60,786 bases of DNA, filler included, from Sphacelaria rigidula (GCA_964200075.2; 10 parts of 10 records of this genome joined end to end with filler, not necessarily neighbours in it), one strand, 5' to 3'; shown: positions 26,564-40,598, counted from the whole stretch's first letter. Notes: generated by a model not told the origin, from the letters alone. A program made the numbers and translations.

Positions 26564-29500
26564 CTTTTAGCACAGGAGTTTTCGATCGAAAAAGTGCGGT
26601 GGAAAACAAAAATCCTGATCTTATAGATCGTGATTTCAAACATCTTCAAGATAAACGACGATGGTTGAAATCACGACCCATCAGATCAGGATTTTTGTTT
26701 CCCACCGCCCTTTTTCGATCGAAACCCATGTGCTGATAAGACAAGGCCCAAGTCTGCTATGTCGTTCTGTTCGACCCCTTTCTCTTTTCTTCTTCCCTGC
26801 TCCTTCTTTCCCTCAGAGCCCTGGGGGGTCAGTTAACCCTTAGACCGCGGGGTTAGTCTTTTGTTGAATCGGGATCAATTTCAAGTGAAAATAAGTATGC
26901 ATGATCCAGAAAGACTACTCTCCCGGTCTAAGGGTTAAAGTACGACAATCAATCAATCAACCAACTTGTCTTTGACTCGACACTTTCTACGATAGCCCCC
27001 CCCCCCTCAAGGTGCCTGGTTTGGGGAGGCAAAATCTTCACGTAACTCGAAATGGAAAAAGCCAAGCACAACGAGCAGCTGGGAATTCCCATCCTTGAGT
27101 TCGGTCGCAATATGAGGCGCTTCATGCAGCCTAAACCCAAACATGAGGCGCTGTATGACCATTTTTTTCGTGACACTTTTCGGCTGGTTTGGGGGGAGGC
27201 TATCGTAAAAAGTGTCACTCATGAAAAAAAATGCATGTCACTCTTGTTGGTTGGCCATGCCCTCGCGAGATCCCACACGAACTTTCCTCAACACGAGTAC
27301 CAAACCTGGGCCTGTAAAATATAAATGCCGAATTTCAACCGGCCCGACTTGTCAGCCGCCCCCACCTCACCTCTTTTTGGTCGTTCGACAGTTGACCCTT
27401 TGACCGCGAGGATCAGTGTTTTCGTGAAATTCAGAGTCGAGCAAATGATTGAGAGTGAAAAACGGTCAAATAGTGAAATACTCGGTTCAGTTCCGAAACT
27501 CCTCGACGAGGCTCAGTGCGCTCTCTATAGTAGCTTGCCACTGAGACCCTAGATATCCCTGAGTAGGACATCGGGGTGTAGCTGTGAGCTAACGCAAGTG
27601 ATGGAGGGAACGAAAAGCGCCCACGGGATGATCAAATGTACAACTTAAAGAGAGTAATCAATGTCACTCTCAGTCAGCGCCTGTAGTCTCAATATCACTA
27701 AAACATTTTTGAGGATGGGTCACCTGCCGAATCGGCGTCAATATTTACTTGAAAAAATAATGCATGATCAAGACGGACTACCCGCATCGCAGTCCAGCAG
27801 GGTTAAATTTAGCGCGGAGAAAGAATAAGAATAGGGCCCACTACCGGAAAATATTCCCGGACCCTGATTTGCTTCTTCATGAGTTTACAGCGTTTTGCCG
27901 ACGTGATCACTGCCTTCAACACATGAAAACCCCCCCTTCGGATCCTGATTTTTTCAAATAGTGTGCCCTATTCATTCTCCGTACAATTTTTTCAAGTCCA
28001 GCTCTCAACATTGAGGTGGGGCGGGGCCTGCATAGTACAAAGTCGCGTCTAGGCTGGATCAGCTCGTACTGAGGCAGTCGAAGTGTGACGTCCTCCATGG
28101 TAAGCTCAAACAAGAGTGCACGCTACACCAGCCCGTAGGGGTGCTTGGGACTTTCAGCCGCTTCAAAGATCCGCATATCAGTTTTGACTCCAAAATGAAA
28201 TGATCAACCATTGCGTGAGCTCTACTGTTTTAATCTTGTCTTGTTGTCAAGATCGAACTCCCAGATCTGCATACAGGTTCAGAAATGCGGCGGTTTTGGA
28301 AGTGGTCATTGTTCCAGCTTCTCTGTATCGCCACAACCATACTTGAAGAGAAGAAGCGGCAAGGCAAAACCTTTTCCACACACCGTACTTTGAAAAAACA
28401 TGCACAGCCACCCACCACTCACACACATCAACTCAAGCGCTACTTGTTGCCTATCTACACAATGCGCTATTTGATGCAAACGTTTTGGACAGGAGGGAGG
28501 GCGGCTGCGTGCGTCTCAAGTTACAACTGGAAACAGACCGTTGATGACCCTCTGCGTGCGCGTGCTAAGCGCGCGTTTCGCATGATTGTTTCTTTCCAAT
28601 AATTGTCAACGGATTTTTGAGCATCGCCCCGCGCAACGCGTTCAGCTGATGAGCTGCTACGGCTCGAGCTGAATGTGCCTGGTTTGCTCGGAGAATGTGT
28701 TCCCCAGGCCCACGTTTGATCGTGTCGGCTGGTACGTCAAGCCCTAGCATGCGCCCTTGTCAGTGTGACATTTATGTACCCGTTCAGGGTGTACGCAAGA
28801 GCCTCTTCTTTAGAGCAGGTTTGCTTGGGCACGTGCTTTGGGGGGGTGGTATCCCAGCTACCAAGCGCAGGCCGCCTCATCTAAAAGTGATTCTTGGAAA
28901 AATGAGGATACTAGCTACACTCGTACATGAAAGCATGCTACTCCTCGACAATTCTCCACAGAGGTGACTCCCAGTCTCATGAATGCATCCGGGTGAGTGC
29001 AACAGCAGCATTTGCCATACGGTGCAGTGCAGCTCAGCACAAGAACTACACATGGTATGTTATTGGAAAGGTGGCCCCTTCCTGCGCGTGTACAAAAAGC
29101 GCAAGCAGTGCGCTCGCTAGCTGAGTATCACTCACACACTTCACGAGCAACATGAACGTCCCTTTTGATGAAATTTGTTTTCGTTATCGGTTACCCCGAG
29201 GTATGGAAATTGTTCGGTACCTGAGCACCCTCCCTCTCCCCCTCTCAACATACACGTGGGTTCACTTACAATACACCTATCCAACGAAAGCAACCACATA
29301 CCGCTCACCTGTTTTTTCAAGCTCCACCCCACCGCTATCCTTCTCAAGCAGCCCCCGCTCAAATATTCGGAAGCGATGGTGTGAAATGATGTGTGTTACG
29401 AGGGGCGCCGCTGTAAAGGCTTTTGTTCTCCTGTTACGTGGTATGTGGTCTGGTGTGATGATGGACGGTGCTGTGTGAAATGGTGAGAGTGGTCACAGCA

Positions 29501-30526
29501 TGCCGGTGTTTTGACAGTAGTGATTCTTTACAATAGTAAAAAACGTGAGTAGGACTTGTCATGAACAGAGCTGCCAGTCACGCAAGGGTCCCCTCCAAAT
29601 ATTCATGGTTGACATGTCGTATGTTGTTGTCAGATTTGCAGGTCTGCCGTTCGTTTTTTTTTTGTTCAGATTTAAAACCGCTCCGATCTTCGTTGTGCTC
29701 TCTACTATCTTGCGGATCTCTACCGAAAAAAACAGCTCAACTTTCATCACGCTTGACACGTACATGAGATATCGAGTAGTGTATTGTCGCACAACAGTGG
29801 CTGGTGAAGGTCTAAGGTAATCATCTGCAAGACCCCGTCTTTGGGCCTTTCTCGACCGTGTGTACTTTTTTTGATACCCTTTTTTTGTCAATTCCTTGCA
29901 GTCTGAGGAAGACTCTTCATTTTGTAAAATATGTGGTTGTGACTGCCCGCCTTTTTGAACCATCCGTCTGATTTGTTGTAACCCCCGCCTGTTACATTAC
30001 TTTTCGATCTAACCAGTGCGGTATACGGAGAAGAAAACATCCAATCTGATGGGTCGTTGTATTATCATCTTAGGTCGCTTCTTATAGACTTGAAAAAGTC
30101 TCTGAGAAAAGTCATTTTGGTCAGTCTCCAGAGACTTTTTTCCAGAACGCGACGTTATAGGGCCATTTTTCATGAAAAAAAACTCTGGAAATTGACCACA
30201 AATCGTAGACAGCGGGATTTTGCGAAATCTCTCTGCGAATCGCCATCGCTTCGCAGAGACTTTTCTCAGTCTGCGAATTGTCTTCCCATCACACATTCCT
30301 CGCACACCGCACCCGCAATGGTATACAGTCAGTGCTCCATCACACNNNNNNNNNNNNNNNNNNNNNNNNNNNNNNNNNNNNNNNNNNNNTTAATTAATTA
30401 ANNNNNNNNNNNNNNNNNNNNNNNNNNNNNNNNNNNNNNNNNNNNTACGAAGATTTTAATCCTCCGGGTTCTCATCCTCAATCAAAAGCACCATCCTCAA
30501 CATAGATGATTGGCTGTTATGAGAAG

Positions 30527-30892
30527 ATAACTGAGCGGTGTAAATTCTGGTCAGGGGAGTTTGAGAGGATTAAGATGACTCGTAACTCAGCGGTGCAAAT
30601 CCTGGCCAAGAGAGGTTAAGAAGGCAACTTAACGGTGCAAATTCTGGCCGAGTGAATTGTATAGGATATAACCAAGCGGTGCAAATTGTGGCCAGGGAGG
30701 GTTGAGAAGATTACTCGTAACTCAGCGGTGCAGATTCTGGACGAGTGAATTGTAGGAGACAAAGCCCAGCGGTGCACATTTTGGCCGAGTGACTTGTAGA
30801 AGATAACCCTGTGGTGCTTATTGTGGCCAGGTGAGTTATACGAAGTACAAGATAACTCAGCGGTGCATATTTTCGGCCGGTGAGTTATAGAA
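30527..30892 (+). repeat. Minisatellite, ~8 diverged units of ~42-55 bp (aactcagcggtgcaaattctggccgagtga...)
   Basis: Repeated core a(a)ctcagcggtgcaaatt.tggcc. Confidence 0.85.
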
Positions 30893-33800
30893 CGGAGCTG
30901 TGTTAACCCATGAGTTGCCTGAGGTGTGTAACATTTCCACGTCCCATATCAATCGGTAGAATATTACGCCGAAATTCCTGTCAGGGTGGACGAGGATCCT
31001 CGCCGCGTTGACGATAGGTCCCGCCTACTCTGGCGGTAATTCCCCCCCAAAAAATGTGGGAAAATTTCCTGTGCGTTCCGTCGCCGAAAGAAAATCGGAA
31101 CGGGAAGAGTATTCCCGTGAGGTGTCATCCAGTTTCAGGTGGACCCTCTACGCGGGCGACGAAGCACATCATTATTAGGTTGGAAAATATTTATGCTTTT
31201 GCGGAAACACTTATTAAAACTAAGGACGAGAACTAAATACAGAGACAATCGATCCTGAGGATAACAGTTACTTACCTCTCTGCAAAAGTATCTATCGCAA
31301 AGATTGACAGAAAAACAAGCCGTGCGGTCTGGCTTACACTTGTATGATCCATCACAAAATGCGAAAAAAATATCCTTCCACGTTCAAAGTCTCCAGAGTC
31401 AACCTGTGGGTGAACATTTACACTGCTCTTCCCTCTCTACACACAAACGTGTCTTTTGTACATCTGCATCACAAAGAGGCCAGCATAGAAAACTCGAAAG
31501 TACATGATGAAAAAATGAGATGATATCTCAATATTCCCTCATGAAGGAGGGCGGGGAGGGGGGGGGGGAGCCGGTCTCTTATTGCTACCCTTCCTTGGCA
31601 GATAGATGCGGCTTCTTTCTACAATCACCTCGCGTCTTCTTCCGACGGTTACATTTCAGTGAAACACAACATAGCGTGCACGAATTACCGGGCAAATCGT
31701 GCAATAAATACAAGAAAAGACAAGGGAAAGGGAACGAGGGAAAACGACAGCAACGGAACCACCACACGAATCCCACAGACATGACACTTTTCGCGCACAG
31801 CACAGCTCACGACAGTGACAAACATCCCGCCATCAGACCAATCGCGCCATAGCAGCAAAGGACGTACCCAAATTGCAGCATATCGTGACATCATACGGAA
31901 AGTACGATTCAACCGTCCACCATGGCTACCCGAAAATTCATGTCATCATGACATCATGGCATCGGACCCAATATCGACAAGTAAGATACCGCGCGATAAA
32001 TGGCATAGTGGTCGTAGTGCGAATCACACGGGACAAAGTCGCGAACATATGCGACGAACACCAAAAGAGAAAACAACAAAATGAGCACAACGAGCAAGCA
32101 AGATGGTTGGGCCGCCCATTAGCCATCATTGAAGCTCCCGTCACCGTCATTGGCGGTTGTTTCTGTCCCCGCAACGCTTCCAGCAACATAGAGAACGATA
32201 CCGAAAATGATTGCGGCAATGGACGCCTTTTTCGCCATCTCCGACGCCGCGTACGATTTCTGTTTTGTTTTTGCCCGAGAAAAGATTTAACAACAAAAAA
32301 AAAAAAAGTGCGCACAAGGGGGGAAGGTGGGTGAGCGAAGCGGATGAGCAAGTTACACGTGTTGCTGTATCATCAGAGGTATCTCCAACTCGGCTCCCGG
32401 CACCCTGGTTTGTTTCGTTGTACTTTTTGAAGTGAAAGTGATGGCGATTCATCAGATGATGAGGCCCCTTGACCGCCAGGTCAGGTCCTCCCATGACTCG
32501 CAGTCACGTTTACTTGAAAAAATTGTTCACAACTCAGAGCCAGCGAAAAATCCAGGAGACGGGGAGCCGAGTTTGAGATACCTTCATCAACGGGGCATTT
32601 TCCCGACTTCTACGACTCTTTCGTGAACGTTGGTCTATTTTTTGACGACTTGTGAAAAAAACAGATGCTGGAAAGTGATGCATAGTCAGGCTCGGGACAT
32701 TTTTTTCAAATTATTTCGACTTTTCCGGGAAAGCTTGACTCCTTTTTTGACATTTGAAGAAAAAAAGTCGCTGGGAAAATTCAACGCTAGATTTTTTGGA
32801 GAAAGGCAATATTGGGGTGGGAGGGGGTACTCATGATCATGCATGCCGTAGGAAGAACACCACTGACCTCGCATCCCTACAAAGCCGGGACGGAGCACGT
32901 CGGGTTTTCGCCGGGCCGGGCTCGCGCTCTGTCACCAAGCGCGAAGCGCCGTGGTGTGTTCGGCGAGTCGCATGAGGGGTGAGCTGCATCCTGCTACTGT
33001 AAGATTGTTCGGCCCGGGGCCTACTGATTATGTTGCATTTGTATGACAGCCTACAATGAGTTGCTCTTATTTTCTGGCAATGCCACTTCCAGAGACAGCC
33101 AAGGCTTATACGCTGCCTCATTGAACATTACGTAGTACGACCATGCTCATTGCGCGGAGTTGAAGTTCTCCCACGCCGCACAACATGGTCTAGCTCGACT
33201 ACCATCATGGTTACCGCAAAAAAATGCACGCGCGCGCGAAAACAAAATCGGTAACCTGGTTGCCTAGGTTACGCAGTGGATGGCGTGTTTTATGGTGTCA
33301 TCGCCAATAGACGCCAACCCCATCGGGGGTCCGCCCCTACGAAGCCGGGACGGAGCACGCCGTGTTCTCGCCAAAGAAAAAAAATCACTGTTACCGGTCA
33401 CATGGGAAGAGGGGCGATACAGGCAATGGTGTTGACACACTCTCCCGGATGGTATGGCGCTGGAAGGCTGATATTCACTCCGAGTCGATGACACGTCAAT
33501 TGAACTCAGGTGAGTGGTTAAAATCAAAGCACTGGTGTTGGCAGACATTGGCGCGATATTGTAGAGATGGATCTGTGAAAGATACAAGTATTACGCTGTC
33601 GCGGACACACCACGGAGCTAAAAAATGATAATCAGCGCTGCTGACTGTGGAGTTCCAGTGGCATTTGTGACATCCTGGAAAAATCTAATACTTCCGGGGT
33701 TTGATTCGATACTCCCCACGGCGATTCCTTTCAGACCGGAGGTACCCGATCAAAGTGACGGTGAGTATTCCAGACTCTGGACGATGAAATACACATTCCG

Positions 33801-34589
33801 AAAGTGTACTGCGTACAACAGTATTGACTATTGCGCCTATTACAACAGACAATAGATTTCATACTGTTCGCAATACATTTTTTGACATTAGAATATTTTG
33901 TCATAATCCAGAGTGTGGAGTATTTATCGTTCTGATAAGAAGCACAGATAGCCTTCCTGTAACATCGATTCGGGCGGGTGCGGCGCTGATTTTAGGGGTA
34001 ACTACCTTCGGGTGGCGTCTGCGAGATCTCAACAGCGTACGAGGTGCAGATAGTCGGCACAGCTTAGCTGATTGAACAGGGGTACGTCGAAGGTGTTTTG
34101 GATAGGGTACTTCCTACATTCGTGTTTTCAAAAAAATTCAACCTTAAGTACCCAAAACGTGGGTCGAGTCCTGAGATCGTCCACAATTACAACGAAGGAT
34201 TGAGATCGTACTCATAACTTAGGTAGAGTGCGTTCTCATACTGGGATCATACCCCAGCTACAACCCTAACCCTAACCCTCTCACTCACTTCAAACTCCCC
34301 CCGTCGGAAGTAGTCGTTAACCTTGTAGGATTTGAAGATTGCGAATAACCCTATTGGCCAGCAGCAGAATAAGCAGCTGTTCGACCAGGTCGGGCATGGA
34401 ACACATCATTAAAGGGAAGAACAAGGAGCAGAAAGTGGGTCGAAAGGACAGAAGGTAAAATGAGCAAAAAAATATCCACGAGTATCAAATACTCAAGTCA
34501 CGGTGAGGTAGGTAGGTAGCGCACGTGTTTCTCGATTACCGTCGACAAAAACAGGGGGAAACGAGCAGAGAAAACACATATCATTTTTC

Positions 34590-34649
34590 ATTATTCATTA
34601 TTGGTTTATAAGTATTAATTAATATTATTATCATTAATATTATTATTAC

Positions 34650-34722
<73 letters not shown>

Positions 34723-34777
34723 TAATAATAATAGTAATATTAATATTTATTATTTTTTTATTATTATTAATCATTTA

Positions 34778-34830
<53 letters not shown>

Positions 34831-34870
34831 ATAATAATAGTAATAGTAATATTTATGATTGATTTATTAG
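34590..34870. repeat. (TTA)n microsatellite / AT-rich tract
   Basis: Direct reading of the sequence. Confidence 0.95.
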
Positions 34871-36565
34871 TATGAATCATCTATCATTTATTATGAATCA
34901 TTCATCATGAATCATCTATCATGAATTGCTCTTCACGAATTAGTGGGAATTGCAAATTATTATTTTTCTCATGTTCGTCACATTAGCTCGATCTCTCGAA
35001 CCCGTGTGGTCACAGCGTGCAAAAAGCATACCACCCATACCCATAAATCAAACAGCCTGCAGAGGAAGGCAAGAAACAAAACATCTACACGAAAAAGGGC
35101 ATCTACACCACGATAGATCCGTGTAAGATCGATTCAACTACAGGAGACCTACTTGTACTGCGATCTATGAAGTCCCCGCGTGCGATCTCTCCTACTACCT
35201 TGCCACGTACTGGTGTGTACACAAGGTAGAAACAGCGAGTAACCCAATAATCGAAACTGTCGCGTAGAACAGGGACCAATCCCGAAATAGATCTACTGTC
35301 TAGAGTGCTGTTCACGGAGATTCTCTACAAACCCTGCACACATACACACAGAAAAAAGAAAAAAAATGCGATCCGAATAAAGAAAATTTGGAAGAAAAGA
35401 AAACAGGAAGACAAGTGGTTGGTGACCATACTACTGTACACGCGTACCAAGCTACACAGGCTGGGTCAGCAGTAAATCCCGCATTTGCTTTCCACACCAC
35501 AACTTCTCAAGTTTCCCTAATCGGCGCGACTTCAACATATCGCTGTGAGGTACAGACCAACCTGGTAACACACGGCACCGCCGCTGAATGGACAAAAATG
35601 ATGGAAAAATTCGACTGCATAATATACGACCTCAACGACGGGCGAAAAAAAAATCATATACGGGATTCAAACTCGTGACCTCTATAATTGGAGTCTCCTG
35701 TATCACTTGGATTAAACGGGCGCGGCCGTATCTTATGAACAGTGCGATGCCGTGCCCAATTTGAGGTACTTGTGGCCAAACCTGTACCAGAATGTCGTTG
35801 ATGCGAGTGCCCGTATGTGTTGGAGCGTTGTCGTCTTTTTCATCATTTTTCGAGGAAGTGATAGCATTTTCCCTGTTTTTGCTGAAACTTCAACTCGCTC
35901 CAACTTTCTGTTTTTTTCTTCTTTCCTCTGCACCCCCAACAGGGTTGCGCGGGTCGATAAAAATGTCGCCTCAAATTTTCAAAAGTTCCACATCTTGTGC
36001 AAAAGATTACCTTGCCAAAAAGTGTACTGCGTTACAGTATCGACTATTGCGTCTATTGCGATAGACAATAGATCCCATACTGTACGCAGTACATTTTTCG
36101 ACAGTGTAATCTTTTGTCCAGGATGAGGACCCCTGACTCTTCGAATTACCAATGGCATCTCCACTCTTCGTTGAAAAAATTGGCACAACGCCCACACATG
36201 GGGATAGATTTTTGTAGTGACATGTGAGATTCAACCAATCACAGGCCCTTCAGTGAGGAATCGGCGGAATCTAGCGCCAATGAAATGCGACCTTCGTGTT
36301 ATAGCGAATTACGTAGTGAAAACTGCCTGTGATTGGCTCGCAGGCTCGAGTCACACCTGTAGTGTACGCCGGGATGGATAGGAGAGCAGCAGAGAAGCGG
36401 TGCGGCAAGCAGACCAGTAGACAGCGAGTGGTACNNNNNNNNNNNNNNNNNNNNNNNNNNNNNNNNNNNNNNNNNNNNTTAATTAATTAANNNNNNNNNN
36501 NNNNNNNNNNNNNNNNNNNNNNNNNNNNNNNNNNCTGTTTTCGTGCAACCAAATACCCCCCCCCC

Positions 36566-37625
36566 CTATCGTAGGATGACTCCCCAATGACACTCAGATG
36601 CATCCGGAAACATTAGCACCTGACGATCAGGACGAGGATGGAACAGCGTCGTGGCGTGAGCTACCAGATCCTTCGCTGCCGCCCACGCCTGGAACCTGCC
36701 CTCCGTCCACGATGCAGGCGAAATAGCGCGTTTTTTTGCAACACGCTTCGTCCGCCTCGCAGCACCCGCCATGAGTTCTTCGAGGAAAAACCGCAAGGGA
36801 GCTACGGTTTTTGCCATACGCGGCAACGACGTACGCAGCCAATTCACGGCCTGCAGGAATTGCATGAGTTCTGCGGCCGTCTCCGGGCGCCGCATGTCAG
36901 ACAAGCCTTGCAATCTGACGGGATCATGAGATACGCGTCCGTGTGAGTACACTTTCCCACACCATACGAGTTCACTCGCGAAGAAAGTGCCTTTGTACGC
37001 CGCCGCAAACAAACCAACATTCTCTAAACGGGACAAGATGGCATCAAGCGTGTAAAAACATTCGTCTTTCGTGTCCGCGAAAAAAAACACACCATCCACC
37101 CATATCTTGCATTTCAAGCCGACAAGCAGTTCTGTGATGATACCTTGAAAATATACCGTGGCATTCAACACGCCTTGCGGCACTCGCTTCGGGGTAAACA
37201 AGCTCAACGGGGTCGTGATTGTGAAAATCTCCTGCGCCTCCTCCGCCAACGGCATCTGCCAATAGCCTTGGAGGAGGTCCAACTCGCCGAAAAAACGAGC
37301 ACTCAAGAGATCACGCATGTCCGACTCTTGATTGGGCATCACACCCGGCGACCTCTCAACCTGATCATTTACTGCCTTGTAGACGCTTACCAGGCGAAAC
37401 GACTATTTCTTGGGAACCGCCATCGCCGGACTGGACCATACCGCCTGCAGGTTCCGGACTACCAACCCAAGCGCCGAAAAGCCGCCATGCAAAAACAGAA
37501 ACAAGAGCGGACGAACGGACGGGAAAACAAAATGCACGACGCCAACCAGCTCGACTTCACCGGGTCGTACGGCCGCGGCTTCGCCTTCATTGCGAATGCC
37601 CCAGGTTTCAGCTGAACACGCATGA
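36566..37625 (-). pseudogene. Gypsy reverse transcriptase and start of RNase H (frameshifted)
   Basis: Motifs LDLLQGYWQMPL, RVPQGVLNA, WVDG (degenerate Y/WxDD), FLQAVNWLR and FPDASECHWG. The upstream part (KAKPRPYDP) is in another frame. Confidence 0.92.
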
Positions 37626-38294
37626 GCTCCACGCGCGCTGGGGGATCACCCCGCAGCGCACGACGAGACGCGTTGACGCGGCGATGCAAGATGCCGCGCA
37701 GGCGTTCCGCTTTGGGACGTCGAGGCCTTTCGCCAAAGCATCTGTTACCCTCTCCTCCAGCGCCACCTCCCGAGCGAACTCCTCTTCCACCGGGTCCATG
37801 AACATGTCTGGGCCGCGCTCTACTAAGCGTTCCACCGCCGCATCCCGTTCCTCGGTCACCTGCCCCCCAGCCTCCTGAAAGGCACCCACTGACAAGCTCA
37901 CGCGACGACTGCTCAAAAAGGCGGGCGTCTCCATGTGCGCACCAGGCGGAGACATCCGCGTCTTGATGGAGTCCTTCAACCGCTCATACGGGTCGACTCC
38001 TAGATCCTGTAGCGTCGGCAGCCCCAGAAGAACAACGCCATCCGACCCTGGCAAAATCGCAAACGAGATCGGAGGCAACCGCGCCAGCCCCCAAGCAGTC
38101 TTGAAAGCTAGCTGCAACGGAACAGTACGCTCCGTGACGGCAACATGCTGACCCGACGCGGTGACTGCCTGCCGCGCCCCGAGCGAAAGCGGGATGCGCA
38201 GCGGCACACCCGGGAGTTGACGCTCCAGCGTCTCAACCATCTGCACCGGAAGACTAGTGAAATGGGCGTCAGAATCCAACACAGGCCGAACCAC
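37608..38294 (-). pseudogene. Gypsy aspartic protease region
   Basis: VLDSDAHFTS (degenerate D-S-G-A active site) and VVLLGLPTLQDLG (ILGxD-like motif). Confidence 0.8.
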
Positions 38295-38729
38295 AATGAC
38301 TCCACGCTAACGTTGATTCGGAAGACATAACTCCGCCGCAATGTATCTATCGGCAAGCTCCCCGGGAACCTCTTCCGCTGACCAATGCGCCGCTAATCCC
38401 ACTTGACGCCACGGCTGCGCAAGCTGCGCAGGCGAAGATGTCCCGGCAGGTTCAAACGGCACTGCCGGCGGGTACGCCCCTCAGCTAGCAAATGAAAAAT
38501 TTGGCGACCCTCCGACCAACGCATCAACAGGCGTCGCGCCTGGCGCTGCTGTCGGTGTCGGCGCCGGCGCCACCATCGGCGCCGGCGCAGTGTTCGACTC
38601 GGTAGAGGACGGTGCCACCTGCACCGCCCGTTGCGGAGCAGCAGCACTTACGGCGGCACCGGACCCAGAGTCAGGCCCATGCTGACGCCGCTGCCCCTGC
38701 TGCTGCTGTTTCTGCTGTTTCTGCGGCCG

Positions 38730-39683
38730 CTACTGAGGGCTCGCCTGCGACCCTCCTTTGCCGGAGGATCCACCGCCGCCACCACGGTTACCTCGTCTTT
38801 TGCCCTTGTGCTGACGATGCTGATGGCGCACGACACTAGACTGCCAAGACTCTCCACCGAAAGACTTCGGGCAATCGCGCGTGTTTTGGCCGACCTGGCC
38901 ACAGCAGTGGCAAGTAATACTCGCAGCGCGACCGGCCGATTTCGAGCCATGGCTGCGCAAATATGTTTGGCGAAGAAGTGGACGACTGGCCGAACACCTC
39001 TATTTTCCGCCACTCCTTGGCCCCGGCCACGACGGTGCTCATCACCAGGTATGGGTTGGCCTCCCAGTCTGTTTGGTGCTGCAGCTTGATAACCACGGCT
39101 TGCTTGAATATTTCCGGTGCCAACCCCTCCACCAAACCTTAGTGACTACTGCTGCCGGGTCGGGAATGAACTCATCATCGGGGGAACGATATACTAGCTC
39201 CACGTTCGGATTTTTTGTTAAGTATCTCTCCAAATTGGTCATGATGAGCTTCACCCGCTCCAACATCGTTTTCCCCCGAGAACTCATGGCGACAGCTTTC
39301 GCCACGGCCGCGGACGCTTGGGGCAGATCTACCTCGGCGCCCGCCGCATGCCCAGCATATTGGTTTTTGATCGCCGCAACCAATTGCGGCGGGGTGATAG
39401 TGCTCTTATTATGTTCCAAACGAGCGAACACTTTCTGTACATAAGTTTGCACTTCTTGAGCCATTGTCACCACCTGATGCCGCACGGCACCCCCTGCATT
39501 AGCGTGCTCCACACGCTTCTTGTATTCCAAGTACCTCGTGCAAAAAGTGCAAGATGCACTCTCTGAGGACCTATCCCCGTATTGGGGAGGTCGCAACTCT
39601 TCCCGCATAACCACGGGCGTCACGCTGAACGTATTTCGCGAACCGGTCGCCATAACAGCAACCGGCCACCTGCAAACTTTCAC
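38730..39683 (-). pseudogene. Gypsy gag (frameshifted) with degenerate CCHC zinc knuckle
   Basis: Three successive ORF pieces upstream of PR. ITCHCCGQVGQNTRDCPK fits CX2CX4(H>Q)X4C. Confidence 0.75.
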
Positions 39684-39947
39684 AGGTCAGCGGACTTTCA
39701 CGAACTGGACACTTTCCCTGTTTCGTCGCCGTACCACACAGTCGTAGGAGCCTCCAAACTCCCGCTGCACGCAGCTTCAGCAAGTCTCCCGTCTGGATTA
39801 ATCACAGGCCTGCCGTCTTTCTGCAGCTGCATCAGCTGGAACCCTCTCCACGCGTCCGTGGTTTATCAGGTTTCTACAGCTACCAGACTCCTACCGAAAT
39901 CCTTTCCACCAGGTTTCTAGCACTAACACTAGCACTAATATCGATAT

Positions 39948-39957
39948 TGTGACGCCA
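39948..39957 (-). promoter_or_regulatory. Candidate primer-binding site TGGCGTCACA (complement of a tRNA 3' end, possibly tRNA-Ser)
   Basis: TGG-starting motif upstream of gag, directly after the putative LTR. Confidence 0.55.
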
Positions 39958-39960
39958 GCT

Positions 39961-40215
39961 AGTAGAAGAACTGCTGGATCACTGCTGTTGAGGGACTCCC
40001 CAGTCTCAGTTTCAGTTGTCAACCTTAACAACATATCATATTATCGTAGTGACCTTCAAAGGCACCAGCTTTCTAGACCTGCAGATACCATCTCTGTGTC
40101 CCCGGTCATTATCCAGAACCCTCCAGAATCTCTGTGCCCCCAGTCGTTATCCATATAATCACTACCAACTCAACGTAACGGCGTATTTTCGTCACAAGCC
40201 TCAGAAGAGATTACA
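39961..40215 (-). repeat. Putative 5' LTR of the Gypsy element
   Basis: Begins TGTAATCTC on the minus strand and ends just before the PBS. The end reads ...CTACT rather than a canonical CA, and no second LTR is available for comparison. Confidence 0.5.
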
Positions 40216-40235
40216 CCCATGATTGATCCTTGATA

Positions 40236-40598
40236 GTGTGTGTGTTGTCGTCCCTTCTATTCTGGACGCAAGGCCACACCCGTCGGTAAAATATGTGGGC
40301 GCATCAGCCGGGGTCACACAGGAGGAACGTCAATACAGGAGATTTTTTTTCTTTTTGTTTGCTTTTAATACCTCACCTTCCTTCTGCGGTGCTTGCCTTT
40401 TATTTTTATGGCGAAAGGAGTTCAGTAGTCCCTTTCCCTCGTCGACCATTGAGTCGAATTTTGTGTACCCACGACATAGGCGCTCTCCACTGTTGGGCAT
40501 GGTGCGAGAAAAAATCCCACATCGCTCCGAGAACTGATCCCACGACCCAACCGTCAGAAAGTTTCGAGGTCACCAGCTGAGCCACCGGGGCGATCGGC
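40236..40598 (-). mobile_element. tRNA-derived SINE, full-length copy
   Basis: Reverse complement of the 5069-5428 family. Confidence 0.85.

Larger units (their letters stand above)
25389..26749. mobile_element. Short hairpin Tourist-like MITE (25389-25400 + 26567-26749) interrupted by a larger relative
   Basis: The right TIR gtgctgataagacaaggccc matches a left TIR reconstructed from gggcctgtctta + ttagcacagg. The body 26567-26749 is palindromic. Confidence 0.7.
36535..40215 (-). mobile_element. Decayed Ty3/Gypsy LTR retrotransposon, 5' half (LTR-PBS-gag-PR-RT-start of RNase H), cut by the contig end
   Basis: Domain order gag-PR-RT-RH, with multiple frameshifts. See the component features. 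Confidence 0.92.

Noticed and set aside
34262..34279. Telomere ((CCCTAA)n-like; also ~41018 and ~53225)
   Set aside because: Only 2-3 internal units embedded in dispersed repeats.
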